From contig DF237112.1 of NCBI GenBank assembly GCA_000708835.1, positions 99,342 through 163,341 on the forward strand: 64,000 nucleotides of DNA, written 5' to 3'. The notes under the pieces were generated by a model. The model ran no database searches. It saw only the letters and a program-made list of their open reading frames with translations, and had not been told where the DNA came from. Positions 36,401-49,556 of the stretch are shown piece after piece. Numbering within the stretch: the first letter of the stretch is position 1; each line of letters begins with the position of its first letter. Origin of the DNA: Klebsormidium nitens (lineage: Eukaryota; Plantae; Klebsormidiophyceae). Both the position numbers and the translations under genes were made by a program.

Positions 36401-39400
36401 CACAGACAAGTTCCCAGAAAAACCCGGAACAAGCAACGTTGCAAACTTCGAAGCAGGAAACGCAAGCCTCCCTCGACCACTAAACGCCGAACTTCCATAA
36501 GTGCACTAAAAATGCTTCACTGACCCAGATTCTGACACCGCCTCACCTCCCAGTCCCGTTTGTCCAGGCACGCCTTGACGACGGTGTTAAACGTCACCAG
36601 GTCCGGCCGGCAGTCCCGTTCCCGCAGCTCCTCAAACAGCCGCTTCACTTCGGCCAAGTCCCTCGCTTTCACCCCCGTTTGCATCAGTGCGTTGTACGTA
36701 AAAACGTTCGGCCGGAGACCCTGCTTTTGCATCTCAGCCAGCAGGAAAAGGCCCTGTTTCAGCGCCTCTCGCCCGGGGAGGCACCACGCTGCGGCTGTAA
36801 TCAGGTTGTTGTAGGTCCACACTTCGGGAACAGGGCCCCGGTTTCGCATCTGCTGGAAGAGGTGCCAGCACTCGTCGAACTTGCCACGCCTGCAGAAACA
36901 AGGTGAAGTCGACTAAGCTTTGTGACGTGGTTTTGAAGAATGCTCTCAGAGTTGAGTGCTGATCGTTTGAAGAGGTCTGGCCGCAGGTTTCAAAAGCCAA
37001 GAAACAAATGCGGATAAACCTCAATTCTTGTCACAGGAGAGCAAGGGAGCGTTAATATTGTGTCAGAATACTTCCGAATGTGACACTTCACCGTCTGCAG
37101 CATACAAGAGGCCAAGACAGGAATCAAACCACACAAAACATGGGCTGGCTTCCTTGTAGACTGGGATGACAATCTCATCTGTACCACTTGTAGCTCTCCA
37201 AACCCTTTCAAAGTGATCTTTTGTACCCAGAGAGGCGTATTTTGACGTAGTCTTGTTTTCTGCCGTCTTACCAGGATCCGGCTTTTGGTTCCTTTTTTTG
37301 ACTACTACAAGACACCCCTTTAGCAGAAGTTAGCACACGAAAGAGTGCAACACAAAGGGGTAGACGATCAACTACATGGAGTGCCCCGCTTACCGAGAGG
37401 GCAATTGACCGGAGAAGGGAGACATAGCACAGTCATTTCGCAAGCCGGCTCCGGCCCATTCACAAGAGCACAGAAGAGCACTCACTTGGCAAGCCCGCTC
37501 AGCAACGCGTTATACGTCTGCACGTTTCGCTCCAACCCGCTGGCTTCCATCTCCCGAATGAGCCCAACTGCCGCGTCCGCTGCGTTCAGCTTCCCAAGCA
37601 ACCGGACCATGACGCTGTAACTCGCCTCCGTAGGCCTTAGCGTTACGTCCTCCTGTCTCTGCATCCACCGGAAGACTGCCAGGGGCTTTTTCACACTGGC
37701 CCCTGCCTCTCCCAACCTCTTTATCAGCTCGAGCAACTCCGGTCGTGTTAACAGCCCCTCGTCTCGCCGGAGGTCTAATAAGCTATCGACTCCGGCAGGG
37801 TCGAACAACGCGACCACATCCTTGTAGAGCGCGGAGAGCGACGTGAGCGGGTGCGGTTTGGGGGGGTTCTGCGCGGAGCGAACGACCCCCCGTCGGTCTG
37901 CGAAGCCCCCCCGGAATGGAATGAGACTGACGGGGAGCGGGTCCCAGTCACTGACTACGATTTTGTCCCAGTTTGCGATGACGGCAGGGTCTAGCAGAGC
38001 AGCACGAGCGCGCTCTACAGCGTCCGCACTCAAGGGGGTTTTCACACTAGGGGAGCTTTGCACAACCTGAGACGGCGTTGCATTGGAGAGGGTTTCTGAG
38101 CTGGGAGTGAGTGGCGCAGCAGGGAGGGTACTCGAACCTTCCCCCTTCGCAGCGATCTCTCGCAGGATGCTGGGGGGCTGTGTCAGGGCGTCAAGAAGGA
38201 GGGAAGGGTCTATCGAAGGCTCGGGGTTAACGTTAACTACGCCGTTAACTAAGTTTTGTAAGGGGAGTAGGTGTCCGTCGGCAGAACTTGTGATGTCAGC
38301 TAGTGGAAATGCCTCGTCAACTGCTCTCCGAAGAGCCTCATCCTACAAGCAGACAGTCAATAAGCTGATTGAGTCGCTCACTTCTGATAATGCTGGTGCA
38401 CCAGTAGTTGGATGCTGTGAAGGAAACAATTGGTTTCAAAGTAAAGCGGTTTAGGTCTGCACTCAAACGCGGCTTTCGAAACTGCTTACACACCCTGGTG
38501 ATTAAGCAGAATTGCTGAAAAGATGTGGACCCCATCTGCCAACTTTTTTGCTCCGTGCCTGTTTCAAGCTGTCCGTGACTCTCATCATCGAGTCTGCTTG
38601 GAGAAGTCACCGTGAGATAAAGCTGACCGTCAGAGCACGTCCTTGGATTACCATCCCTTACGAAAAATCAGCTTCACAACAATCCAGGATTTAATGAAGT
38701 TGAAGCTTAGGGTTTCCACACCACTCCTCACCTGCAACGGTTCAACCTCTGCAAAAGCTCGCCGCCGAAGTACGCTTTTCCTGGCCCCAATCACGTCACC
38801 ACCCCTGGCCCCATTCATACTGCTACCCTTCAGCCCCAGCTCATCCGCCACATTGCTGCTGTTAGGAGGGACCTCCTTTCCGCTTCTATGATACCCTTCC
38901 CTTAGAGCGCGCCCATTGTTTGATCCTCTTCGCCTGCTCGAAGGCACTCCATTGCTCCCAGACGTGCTGGCCAGACCCGAGCTTTCGTGGCGAGCAGAGG
39001 GGACTTTAAATTCAAGCCCTCCAGGGCCCAAAAAGGGGTCACTTGACACTACATTCTGCAGATCAGCGCTGCCGCTGTTCCTTCCCTCGGGACCGTCAAC
39101 CAAACGTCCCGTCCTGTTTCTTTGCCGCTTATCGCGTACCACCGCTCGCGGCTTTTCTGTGAGTCTGCTCTCTGCTCTTTCCGAGTTGGCGACGACGTCT
39201 GTGACCTGTTCTCTGTCCAATGCTAATGTGGCCACCGTAAGGCGACCCCGCTTCTGTGACCGAGTCTCTTTCCGGAAGCAAGAACGCCTGACGCTGGATG
39301 AAGGAGGAGGGTTACATAGCCCGCGACAGGTGCGATGCGTTGCATTGTGGAAGTTGGGGTGACCTGCTTGACTTGCTTTCATGCCTAGGAAGCATTTGGG

Positions 39401-39448
39401 ATCCGTCAGGGTCTGTAGCCCCACTGCGCAGGCGCTGCACCTATCCAT
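33432..39448 (-). CDS. P-class pentatricopeptide repeat protein, 6 exons, about 885 aa, probable organelle transit peptide
   Basis: Exons 39448-38732, 38342-37486, 36889-36547, 35591-35443, 34954-34769 and 33837-33432 sum to 2658 nt. There are multiple PPR motifs (TYNALLSGLAK, TYNNLITA, PNVFTYNALM, PDLVTFNTVVKAC, TYNSLLHSCA, PNIVSYNTLIGAYA). Confidence 0.95.
34482..34712 (-). repeat. Two intronic echoes of the 3' end and donor of PPR exon 5
   Basis: 34712-34617 reads LAMKPTICHWCSLMNAYAKAGRCDDVASVFR|gtgaga versus exon LAMKPTIFHWCSLMNAFAKAGRCDDAASVFR|gtaagg. A more decayed copy lies at about 34482-34535. Confidence 0.85.
35075..35925 (-). repeat. Intronic echoes of the 5' ends of PPR exons 4 and 5
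   Basis: 35113-35075 copies the exon 5 acceptor (cag|g-ggacctccggacatacaa). About 35755-35725 copies the exon 4 acceptor (gtgcag|agcgtgtttgagtac). About 35915-35843 copies KAMPAAECVPDATTYDCIILAY as KAIQAAECVPDTTTYDCIIMAF. Confidence 0.8.
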
Positions 39449-40503
39449 GATCTGCAGATTGTTAGAGTTGACTGTCTGAATCTTGCGGACCTTCTGGAAA
39501 CGGTGGACCGACAATGCCAGGGCAAATCCGTCCGGATCTCCTTCGAGCTGGTTTGAAGAAAGAGAGAAAGGCTGGCTCTTACCGAAGTGACAGAAAGGAG
39601 CCTGGGGACTCCATTGCTGGGAGAGGCGCCATGTCGAATAGGTACCTCAAGAAAGCGGAGGCTACCTACCAGCGCTTTGCAAAGGAACTCTGAAGTCAGG
39701 GGAAGCAATGCAACATTGCAAGGATTGAGAAGAAGATGCTGCTGCTTGAAGCAGATTCAGAATCTTGAAGACGCGGTACGTACCCTCCACGAAACGCTGG
39801 GGTGTGTTAGATTGGAAAGTGGTTACCGACGCCGATCGGGCCTCAGTCTGACAGGGAACAGTGCGGGCTGCCTCGGCCGACGTGCGTTCGACGATTGGAC
39901 ACTTGAACAGCCCGGTCGCCCGTAACCATGCTGTACCAAAGATTTGAAAGATGGAAGGCAGGTAGGTACCGGGCATACCATGCTTGGAGCACTTTTTCAA
40001 TCGAAGATTTTGGCATGCACCTTTCGCTTCGTTGGTTTCACTTTCGAGTTTCAGATTCTTTTTGCCCTGGACGCAGCTTCCAAAAGTATGCATTTGGTGT
40101 ATATGTAGCAAATTTCAAAGACGCTGCAAAGAGCCTTGAATTGAAAAAGTTCTTTGGAATTGAGGGGGCTGCGTGCTTTTCTGAGCCCATCCTGAATGTC
40201 AATCTGCGCATGTTGCTGGACAGAACTAGCACATTGGGTTCAATCCGCTGAAGCAAAGGATGCAGGAGTTTTGAAGAAGAAGTGGGGAGGCCATGCTCAT
40301 GGACGCTTCGCTGCAAGGGTCATCCCTACCACCCCCAATGCAGCCTTTATGAACACTTTGGAGGAGCTGACAGTTCACTGGTTGTAAGTTTTGTGTCACA
40401 CATGCAATGCTGCCTCCAGTCAAAAAGGCGCTAGGTACTTGCATTGGAGGTTGGCAGCTTTGAGCAGGGGGGTGAATGTGGATTCTACTTGCCTATAAAC
40501 ACA

Positions 40504-43500
40504 ATGGCAGACTTACCTCATGTCTACCGGCGGTCTCAAACCGCCCCAGCTCTAAGAGAAACTCTGCGGCCCCTCCTGGAGTCTGACCACCTCAACAGTA
40601 TCTCCGAGGATGGAGATGGCGTGGAGTCTCGCAGCGGGTCCATGAAGAAGCGCTCGTTGGCCGTGATTGATTCACAGCGGTACCCTGCGCTGCGCTTGTT
40701 CCCCAAGTCTTTTGCCCTGGATTTTGATGGCCATGGGAGTTGTTCGCCCCGCGAGTGGAACATCAAGCGCATTGCTGACTGGGACCAGGGCTTCTCATGG
40801 CACCATGTGGAGATCCCCAGGTAGAGAACGGAACTTCCCATTGTGTGTACAGTTGCTGCTGATGAGGTTGTTGTTCTTGATTGATGTCTTGCACAGGCTA
40901 CTTACCAAGAGGAAGCTCGGCATTTGTTTTGCCCTGAAGGACAACAAGAAAGATGTTCAATGAATGATCAACCGCACTCTTGGGTACTTGACTGATAGGA
41001 AGACTTATCAAGAACTAGATAATGTTGAGATGTTTCTGTTTCCCAGAATGTGCCTTTGTAGAGCAACGCTCCACAGAGCCTTGCAGGAAATCCGAGTTTT
41101 GATTTAGACTTTGAACATACCCGGTGATCTGTTAGCATAAGTGCAACACCAGCTTGCCTGCCTCTTATTCACCCTGTGTTTGAGCGGTACTTAAGTACAC
41201 GCAATTTTATCTGGTGCGAGTTTTCGGTTTTGGCTACTTCTTACCACTGATTCGTAGGCATCTTTCGTGCAAAATCGTCACCTTCTGACCACTTATACTG
41301 ACTGAACGGCATGACTAAACAGTTGAACAACATTATACCTGGGAACGTATCTGTAGCTGACTCTACTGGAACTCGTCTAAAATCTTGATTGACCGCTAGT
41401 GCGCATCTCCACTTTCCCAAGCTGCAAGTGAATCACTCCGCCAATATGTTACGTTAGATTTCTTCATTGCAGGTTGCTTATATCTAACATTGTGCTTGTA
41501 TTTGACAGTTCATTTGATGGAGTTGTAACATGAAGTCCTGTTTTGCAGAAATCTGGCCTCCCTAGGGGGGCCCCTACTGGAGGTCCTCAACCCCCTGAAA
41601 CTGCACGACGTGCTTCCGCTGCTGTCCAGCGGCCCTTTCTGCGGCATCCGCAACGGCACGCTCGTGTTCCGCATCAACTCTGTGGGGCCCCTGAGCAGCA
41701 ACTTCACTTCGAAGCTGGCCGCGCTCGTGACTCCAAGGTATGCAACCGTCTGGCAGTCCAATTTCAAGCGTCCAAGATACACGTGCCGCTCTGATCCGTT
41801 TGTGTCTATCTTAATGATTCTAGAAATTTGTTGCGTTCTTCTTCATATGACAGGCATCTGCGGCAGTCAGCTTTATAAGGTAGGCATCTGCAGCAGTCAG
41901 ATGCCAAGAGAGAGAGAGATCTCGTCTCCTAGAGTTTGATTCCTCTCCTGTTCCATTCGAAATTTGAGCAGTATCTTCGTCACAGGTCGCATGTCGGCGT
42001 GAGTTTGCGATGCCACCTTTCACTATGTGAGCAATTTGTTGAAGTCAGATTCTTTTTTACTCCCTGTCGTTGCCAGGTCTTTGGTCAGTCTGTCGATGGG
42101 AGACCTGGCGCGTCTTCAGTTGGACCCCGCAGACGAGAAGTCGATCCTGGCGATGGCGAGTGCGGAGGAGCACCAACAAATCGGGGCGCAGGGCAAGATC
42201 CTGGACTTCCTGTTGCAGCTAAGCCATCCGGAGGATGTTGAAGACCAGCAGGTACGTGCCAGACTTCTTTTGGATCGCAAGACGGTTCTTTTTTTGATTT
42301 GGAGCATTTAGAGTGTGCACGTAATGAAAGTCTCCACCGCAGCAGCGTCATCCAGAAACAGTCGAAGACCAGCAGGTATGTGCCTGACTTCGATTTTGGC
42401 TTGGAAATTGTCGATGCTCTTGAAGCCGAAGCAGGTTGTCTTTGAGTGTGCTTGCACTGGACGTTGTCGCCTCGACTAAGCCATTCAGAGGACGTCGAAG
42501 ACCGGCAGGTGCGTGCCTCTTCATCATTCGATCGCAACCTTGCAGGGAGGGGGTTGCCTTCAATCTTGAGAGCCTTTCCTTTGAGGGGGGGGAGAAAGGT
42601 CTGATGTGTGAACGTGCTGGACATCTCCCGCCGCTGCTGAGCCACTCAAGGAGGACAAAAAGTTAGCAGCTAAATCTTTCGTTTGTTCCCTTTGAGAGAG
42701 GGCGCGAGCGGAACATGAGATCGTTGCCCCGATTTGGAACAGGTAAGGATGTAAAGCATGGTGAAAAACCGGTACGGCTAAACTCGGTGAAAGACCAGAG
42801 GTAGGTCCGGCCGTCTTCGAGCGGGCTTTCATCAGCGTTCTGCAGAACCCGTCGTTTGACTGTCAGCCATTGGCTGTTCCGGGCGACTTCCATCTTTTTG
42901 AGGGGCTAGTCGCGGTCAATCCACAGCTGTCACACTTTTCCGCCCGCAGATGTCTGGGGTATGTCTACGTTCACCCGCTAATACTGCGCATCCAGGCGGC
43001 GGAAATTTGCGACGTAAATCTGGTTGCTCAGACGCTTTCATACAAAACCAGGTCAAAAGCTCCAGTCGATTCCGTGTCGCTTTCGTCTTCTGCCTCTTAC
43101 TAAGACAACAAAACCAAGCCCATATTAACTCTCCCTCCTGGCGACCAGAGAATGAATCCACAAGTGGAGCTGGTCGCCCGCAATCTACAGGCGCCACCTT
43201 CCGTTCCGGTGTTGTGATCCTCACTACTGTCTCTTCGCTTTCACAAATATCATCCACCATATCCTCTGCTTTTTGGTTGAATAACCAGTCCGAGCGTGCA
43301 GCTAACACTTCCTCTTTCTCGGCGACCAGATCCCGTCTTCGGTACCGGAGTTGGTCGCCCACATCCTGCAGGCCTACCAGGACCACTTGCGCGACCTGGT
43401 AACCAACTTCGAGGTGGAGCTCGACTACCTGGACCAGGAGATTGACTCAGACGACCGGGTCAAAGCGCAACTGCTGGAGAACCGGCGCTTTTCAAAGATG

Positions 43501-45116
43501 GCGCTGGACTTGCAGCGAGTACTGCAGGTATGGCTGTCTTGTCACGTATTTTGTAATCGAAAGACTTTCGCCTTTCTTGCCGTCTTTTCGGCCTTTGCTT
43601 GTGCGCCACCTTGAGAGGGGATCCGCTTGGACAGACGGGTCAAAGCGCGACTCCTGGGGGAACCGGCGCTTTTCGAAGATGGCGCTCGACTTGGAACGAG
43701 TGTTGCAGGGAAGGCTGTTCTTGCTTTCCTTTCCGGAAAAAAGTCTTGGAATTTTCTTGTTCAGTTCGAATTCGGACTTCACTCATCAGTGTCGACCCCG
43801 CCTTTGACATCGCCTTGCAGACATAATGCTTTGAGGGAGGTTTTTAGGCTCTTTGCGGGACGTCGATCCTGCTCTCTGTTCCAGCTTGGAACTCGGTGTC
43901 CGCTTCTGATGCAGGTAACCACGTACGCTGACGAGATCTTGCCTTCCATCCAAGAAAAGCTGACGCTAGCTCACTCCGTCAGCGACAAGTGCGCAAGGCT
44001 CTTCGAGGGATTGGCCAAGGTGAATCAGAATCAACCTCTCTCGAAATATGCATCCTCTTCTACTCTCTTTACCTTCTCTGAACGTGTTGAGCATTTTCTT
44101 GTCCAGGTTGGTCTCCATGCTCTATTTTCGTTCGTTGTTGTCGGGTTTTCAACCCGTCCCTTCAAGTCCTTCCCGAGATCTGGTTAAAATAGATGACGTG
44201 CGTTCGCTAGGGACGCATGTTTTCAAGGCACTCCGGCTTGTAAAGTAGGCGACCTCGTTGTTCTTCCTTTGCTGGATCAAACCCACATTTATTTTTGGAT
44301 AGTCGCCTTCCCCTTTCTCATCTTGATGACCCTCCTCGCTGAGAAAGCACCCGTCTCGATGAGCCAAGTCGAGTCGCTAAATGCTTGCGGGGATTTTTGT
44401 GTCCATTCGATTGGTCGCGGACAAGAAAGCGGCTTTTCCAAGAGAGGGCGGTCCTCTGCCTCTGTTTATTCGAGCCAAGTCGTTAATTGGCTGCGTACTA
44501 TCTGAAGCATAGTCGTTGAGTTGAAAAATCGATCATCGCTCGGCCATTCGCTGTCATGACCTGTATCCAAGATCGTTGAAAAGCACGTGGATAAACGGGC
44601 TCCTATTCCGTTGTGAGTGCAAAACTTGGTCTTTGTCCTGATTGTTGGTTGACGCCATGCTTTTTTCGTGTGGTACCTCTAGCTGACGCAGTTGTGACGT
44701 CGTCCCTGCAGCGGGTCAAGAACAAGAAGACGCGCATACAGATCAGCAGCGCACGCATCGACGCGCTGCAGAACTCGCTCAAGACGTGGCAAGCGGACCA
44801 GCTGAATGAGAAGGTGTACTACCTGACCGTTGTGACCATCATCTTTTCGCCCCTCGCCGTGATCACGGGCGCTTTCGGGATGAACGTGTCCGGCGTGCTT
44901 TGGACGCCAATCGAGGACGGTCCGGGCTTCCGGAACGTTATGATCATGTGCGCATGCATCACGGTGTTTGTTTTGAGCGTCTTCTTCGTGCCGCCTATAT
45001 GTTACTGGTTCCAGAAACGGCGGAAGCACAAGCGGGTGGTCGGCCGGTGGCAGAGTGCGTTTTCTCGGGTGGACGCGCATAAGCGGCGGCCAAGCTCAAT
45101 ACTGAAAGGAGCGTAA
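40504..45116 (+). CDS. CorA/ZntB-like divalent-cation transporter (plant uncharacterised ZntB-like family), 6 exons, about 462 aa
   Basis: Exons 40504-40820, 41549-41737, 42077-42251, 43330-43527, 43915-44019 and 44712-45116 sum to 1389 nt. Motifs: FALDFDGHG, WHHVEIPR, GPFCG...LVFRINS, RRFSKMALDLQRVLQ, and the GMN signature in IFSPLAVITGAFGMNV followed by two TMs. The start ATG is uncertain. Confidence 0.92.
42340..42520 (+). repeat. Two intronic echoes of the ZntB-like exon 3 3' end and donor
   Basis: gaagaccagcag|gtacgtgcc (exon), gaagaccagcag|gtatgtgcc (about 42365-42385) and gaagaccggcag|gtgcgtgcc (about 42497-42517), with about 125-bp spacing. Confidence 0.85.
43630..43712 (+). repeat. 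Intronic echo of the ZntB-like exon 4 3' end
   Basis: gggtcaaagcgcgactcctgggggaaccggcgcttttcgaagatggcgctcgacttggaacgagtgttgcag-gga copies RVKAQLLENRRFSKMALDLQRVLQ|gta. It has a 1-nt insertion and the donor is lost. Confidence 0.9.
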
Positions 45117-46198
45117 AGTGGTCATCGTGTATGTTGATTAACTCTGCAGGTACATATGCACGCGTAGGACGTAGTTGATGAACGTGAGAAGGTTGTACTT
45201 GTGCCAAAGTGGCTGCCGACGAGAGCTTAGGTCCCCGATTGCGCACACAAATCGAATCTCAAACGCGATTCAATCCCTGTAGATGTTGGACCAACAAGCT
45301 GTTTGTACAATAAAGACGGCCCGGCCACGTTGCATGGTGGCAGATCTGTGTTTGTCAGTGTGAGCGCAATGATTCCCAATGATCTCAGCCAATCAATTAT
45401 TGCACTGCAACTATCATTGACCACTTCTGTAATGCCGGCTGCATGGCCGCGCGTAATCAGCATGCATGATATGGCACTTAAGAACGGACCAAAGGACTAA
45501 TTGTATAAACAAGTTTCTATGCACAGTAATCAAGATGTCCCAGTACGTGACTCCTTTCGATCGACAGATCCTATTCCCATGCATCATGGCATGTCATTCC
45601 TACAATTGAACACGCATGTAATATATCATCGGACAACAATGTACTTGAACTCGATCTGGCCTGGCGTGCGAGCGCAAGTTGCGCCAGCCTATAGTTTAGT
45701 AGGCTTTGAGGACGTTGTTTAACAGTGTAAGCAAAGTCCCCATGTGGAACCGGTACCGTCAGCGCCAGTCACCAGTCACGTCTTGACCAGACGGTCCGGC
45801 CGGTGCAACTGCCGCTGACCGTCGCGCTGATCAAGCCCCGCCGCAACCGCAATGCATCATTCATGCGCTCAGTGCCGACTCGCGGGGCTAGTCTGGGATG
45901 TACGTCTTCTCCGCTCAATGCCCTGTGCTTGATTAACTAGTGAAGCATAATTGGATATGTAAAAGGGGCCATGCAAGAGCTAGTTTATGCGAATCTGAAT
46001 TGTGCATTCAAGTCTGTCCATAGATTCAGCGGGAATGACCACAATGACCACGATCTTCGATCGTTCACCGCCCGGCCACATAAAATGCAGGAGCTTGCAC
46101 AAGATTGAATGAGCGTGTCATTGAAAACCGCTACCTATGCAGAACCTGTATGCCATATACCCCCTCCTTGTCCCAACTTAGGCCCCCCTTGATTTACA

Positions 46199-48020
46199 TC
46201 AGTCCTGAAACACACCGTCCAGCAAGAACCTGTACTTTCCTACTGGTCTCGTATGCGCGAGCGCGCCCGCCCACTTCAGCACGACCTTCTCCTGCTTGCC
46301 CACGACTAAGGAACGAAAGACGGTCCAAAATATCTGAGCTGCTCGCTTGCTGAGCGTCCGTTTCGCGTCCGCATCCAGGAAAATCGGCAGGACGTTTTCT
46401 AGGAGCAGACACCGGACGTGTGCAGGAAACGCCGTTGTTTGCGTTCCCGACCGATGCCAAGATCAGAGCCGAAGCTTCCAGAGAGGTTGGCAGGTGACTT
46501 CGAAGGGAAGGACAGGCGAAGGGAACCTCGGCCCAAAAGCTTGCGAGCTTTGCGCCAGGTTTGCCACGTAGGATTTGTAACAAGTGTTCGCAAAGCGCCA
46601 TCTCGAGTACTGCCTCTTTCGTGCCCTGGGCCGGAGCGTTTTGGATGGCGACTAACCGGGCAGCTACGTCAGCAAAGGCTGATCTTGACCGGGTTATGTT
46701 GGTGACCCAGGTGCCGAAATGCACGTTGCCAATGATCACCGCACGAATAGTTATTGTGATAGAAGTTGCAGTCTTGAAGTAGTAGTCGGGGGACTTGGAC
46801 CATTTTCGAGGGGTGGGAAGGAGCTCCCCTTTCCTAAACTGCAGCAGCAGAGGGGAGCCAGATCTCAACCAGCTTCCTTTTGCTGACGCCATCGAACTCC
46901 GCAGAGGACCACGGTCCGGTGGCAGTGAAGCCGAACAGCTGATTGAGGGGCTTGGAGAGTGCGTGGTACAGCATCGCATTCACGGGGCTTTTCACCCTGG
47001 TCTATCGACCACAGCGAAGTTTCAAGACAGCAAGCGTCACGAAGTCTTCAGCCTCTCGAGAGACCCACTGCGCTTCTGACGATCCTGAGCGCTACCCCGT
47101 GTTTGACGCAGAGATTGGACAGCCAACCCAAGCAGGACACGTGGCGGACGAGGGGGTGTAACCACTGCTGGACTGAGGTCTTGAGCCAGTGATTCGGATT
47201 TTCCCTCACGACCATTTTTTGCAGAAGCTTGTTTCCCTTGTCGAAACCAAGGTTGATGAATTCTTTCCCTAGGATCATCTGAACAGTTTTTGATTCCAGT
47301 CCAAGCCACCCTGAGTTTGCTATCTCGTCTACAACCAGGCGTGGCCGCTCAGAGTCGTCCATCTTGCTCTTGCTGGGAAAGAACTTGCAGAAGATTGGTC
47401 CACTCTCTAGAGAAAGGGCACCCTCCAACAGTTTTCCCAAGATCCCCTCGCTTAACCGAGACCCTCTATTGCCTTTCTCTTCTGCTAGCCTTTCCCCCAG
47501 CTCTCCTGTCAACTCCAACCCCACTGGCAGATCCTGGAAGGTGGCGAGAATATCTTCCCTGAGGTCCACTCTGAGGCTTCCAAGTACTGCTGACCCCAGA
47601 ATCCAGCAAAACGTATCTGCAAGCCCTCAGGACTGAAAGGGCTTGCGCAACTCCGTGCCGGAGAACCGGACGGCTTGCTGTGTCCACACCAATAACAGCG
47701 AGAATCTGGATAGCGAGAGAAGCAGCCTCCAGATCCTCCCACCCTAGCTCAAACACCTTTACTGCCGTTGGACCGATTGCATGGAGGCCGTTGGAAGCCC
47801 AGCGTTGCAGAAGCGCCGCAAAAAAAGGGCTCACGGTCAGCCTTTCGGGATGTTTAGCGAGCGTCCTCGAGTCAGATGCAGGGCTGTCTGAAGAATATGC
47901 CTCTGGGTGTGGCGTTTCTTTGACCAGTTTCAGAAATATGAGCGGGTAGCTCTTGTCCGGCGTGTTAAAGCTGAAGCTGATCTCCTGCATTTTGGAAGAT
48001 TCTGGCTCCTCTGGCCCCAT
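46199..48020 (-). pseudogene. BTB/POZ family copy 3, full-length but frameshifted
   Basis: MGPEEPESSKMQEISF...LTVSPFFAALLQRW. Relative to copy 1 there is a 10-nt deletion after DSGV and a further short deletion, with more frameshifts near 47070 and 46420. TGG>TGA at 46199-46201 replaces the conserved DW. Confidence 0.8.
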
Positions 48021-49556
48021 AACGGCGGAAAATAGCGCTCCGGCTTACCAGCTCAAAGCTTTCGTATGCACACTTCTGGCGCGACGGTCTCTGATTCAGC
48101 CGTGCCATAACTATAAAGCTAGAAAAACATGGCTATGTAAGTCTTATATATCGCGCTGCAGCGGCGGAAATTGCGACAGGCGGATGCCGCGGCCACGTGG
48201 ACCTCCAAACCCTCAGAGCTCCTGCGGCCGCGTCCGCCGTTGAAGCCGGCCGCGACAGCGGGGCGACGTTTCGAGCGCGCGCGCCCGCGTCTTACAATCA
48301 GCCTTTGTAGCTTTGGCGAATCCTTATTCCTGCGGATGTGTTCATTATTGCTATCCTTGGCATGTCCAAGGAACAGGGGCGCCAAGGAAACCGATTAGCT
48401 CAGAGGATTTTGGAAAAAGGGATACATTGGTCCTTTTTTCCTTGCGAAGACGCAGGCTCGCAGGCTGTCATGAGTACCTGGATAGGTCAGGTGAGACGGT
48501 CGCCTCAGACGTTTCAGAACGGTTCTCAGAGTTTGTTCAAGAGTCCTGTGGTCTCATTTCACATCTGTAGGCATCACAATATTGCTGGCTCTTATGAATG
48601 AGCCGCAGCAAGCTTAGTCACCCAATGTTATCATGAAACTTGCAAGGCGAGAAATATTGAGGGTGAAGGTCATCCTCAGGACCAATAGTCCCTGTAATCA
48701 GTCTGCGTGTTGAGGCACGCGTTTAAGTTCATTGCAGGCGTACTGAGGCAAGTCTTTTGTTCAAAATCTCTTGAAGTCGATGTTGCATACCCTTTGTTGT
48801 GGTATCCGGCGCCTAGGTAGTATTTGGAAGGTGGATTAGCAGGGGACATAAATTGATTCCCCAGTAGAGATTATACAGAACGCGTGTGAATGGTTGCCGT
48901 GTCGTCATTTCTCGTCCGCCGCATGCTTAGATTGCAATCTGGCCGGTCCAAGGGGAAACCATCGCTTGGACACACGTCTGACTTCAACTAGACACCGTTG
49001 CACCATCAAGCAGATGAGATATGAACAAAAGTTCTACATCTGATATACATTTAGGGTTCTCTAATTGCACTTGTGAGGTTTTGCTGATTGCGCTTGAGTC
49101 CTAAAAAAACGCAGAGTCGTTCTACTTATTGACTTGTCGTGCAACAAAGCGTCACAGATTTGACGAGCTGTGTACGGTTCAGACACTCAAGATATTTCAA
49201 AGGCTTTGAAGACAGTCGCATCAAGTACCTGATGTCGAACATCCAAAAGCTTGCGAAAGTTCATCCACGGGGACAGATGGCTTATCACAACGTCGTGTGA
49301 TTGACTGAACATCGAGACTCCTTGACTACTTGGCAGATGCAGATGCTCAATCGTGAGTCTGGCTGCTGGTAAATCCCTTAAGGGAACCGAGAGGTTCCTG
49401 AAGCTGCTCCCCGCTCTAGTTTTGTTTTAAACCCCATCGAGACAACAGACAGCACCTTGCGATATAGATGCAACTTTGAAAGAACGATGTGTACTCGAGA
49501 GGTTTGTTTGGGTTTTCTCTGCGATTCTTGCAACACGGGCCTCTAATGTTTTGCAG

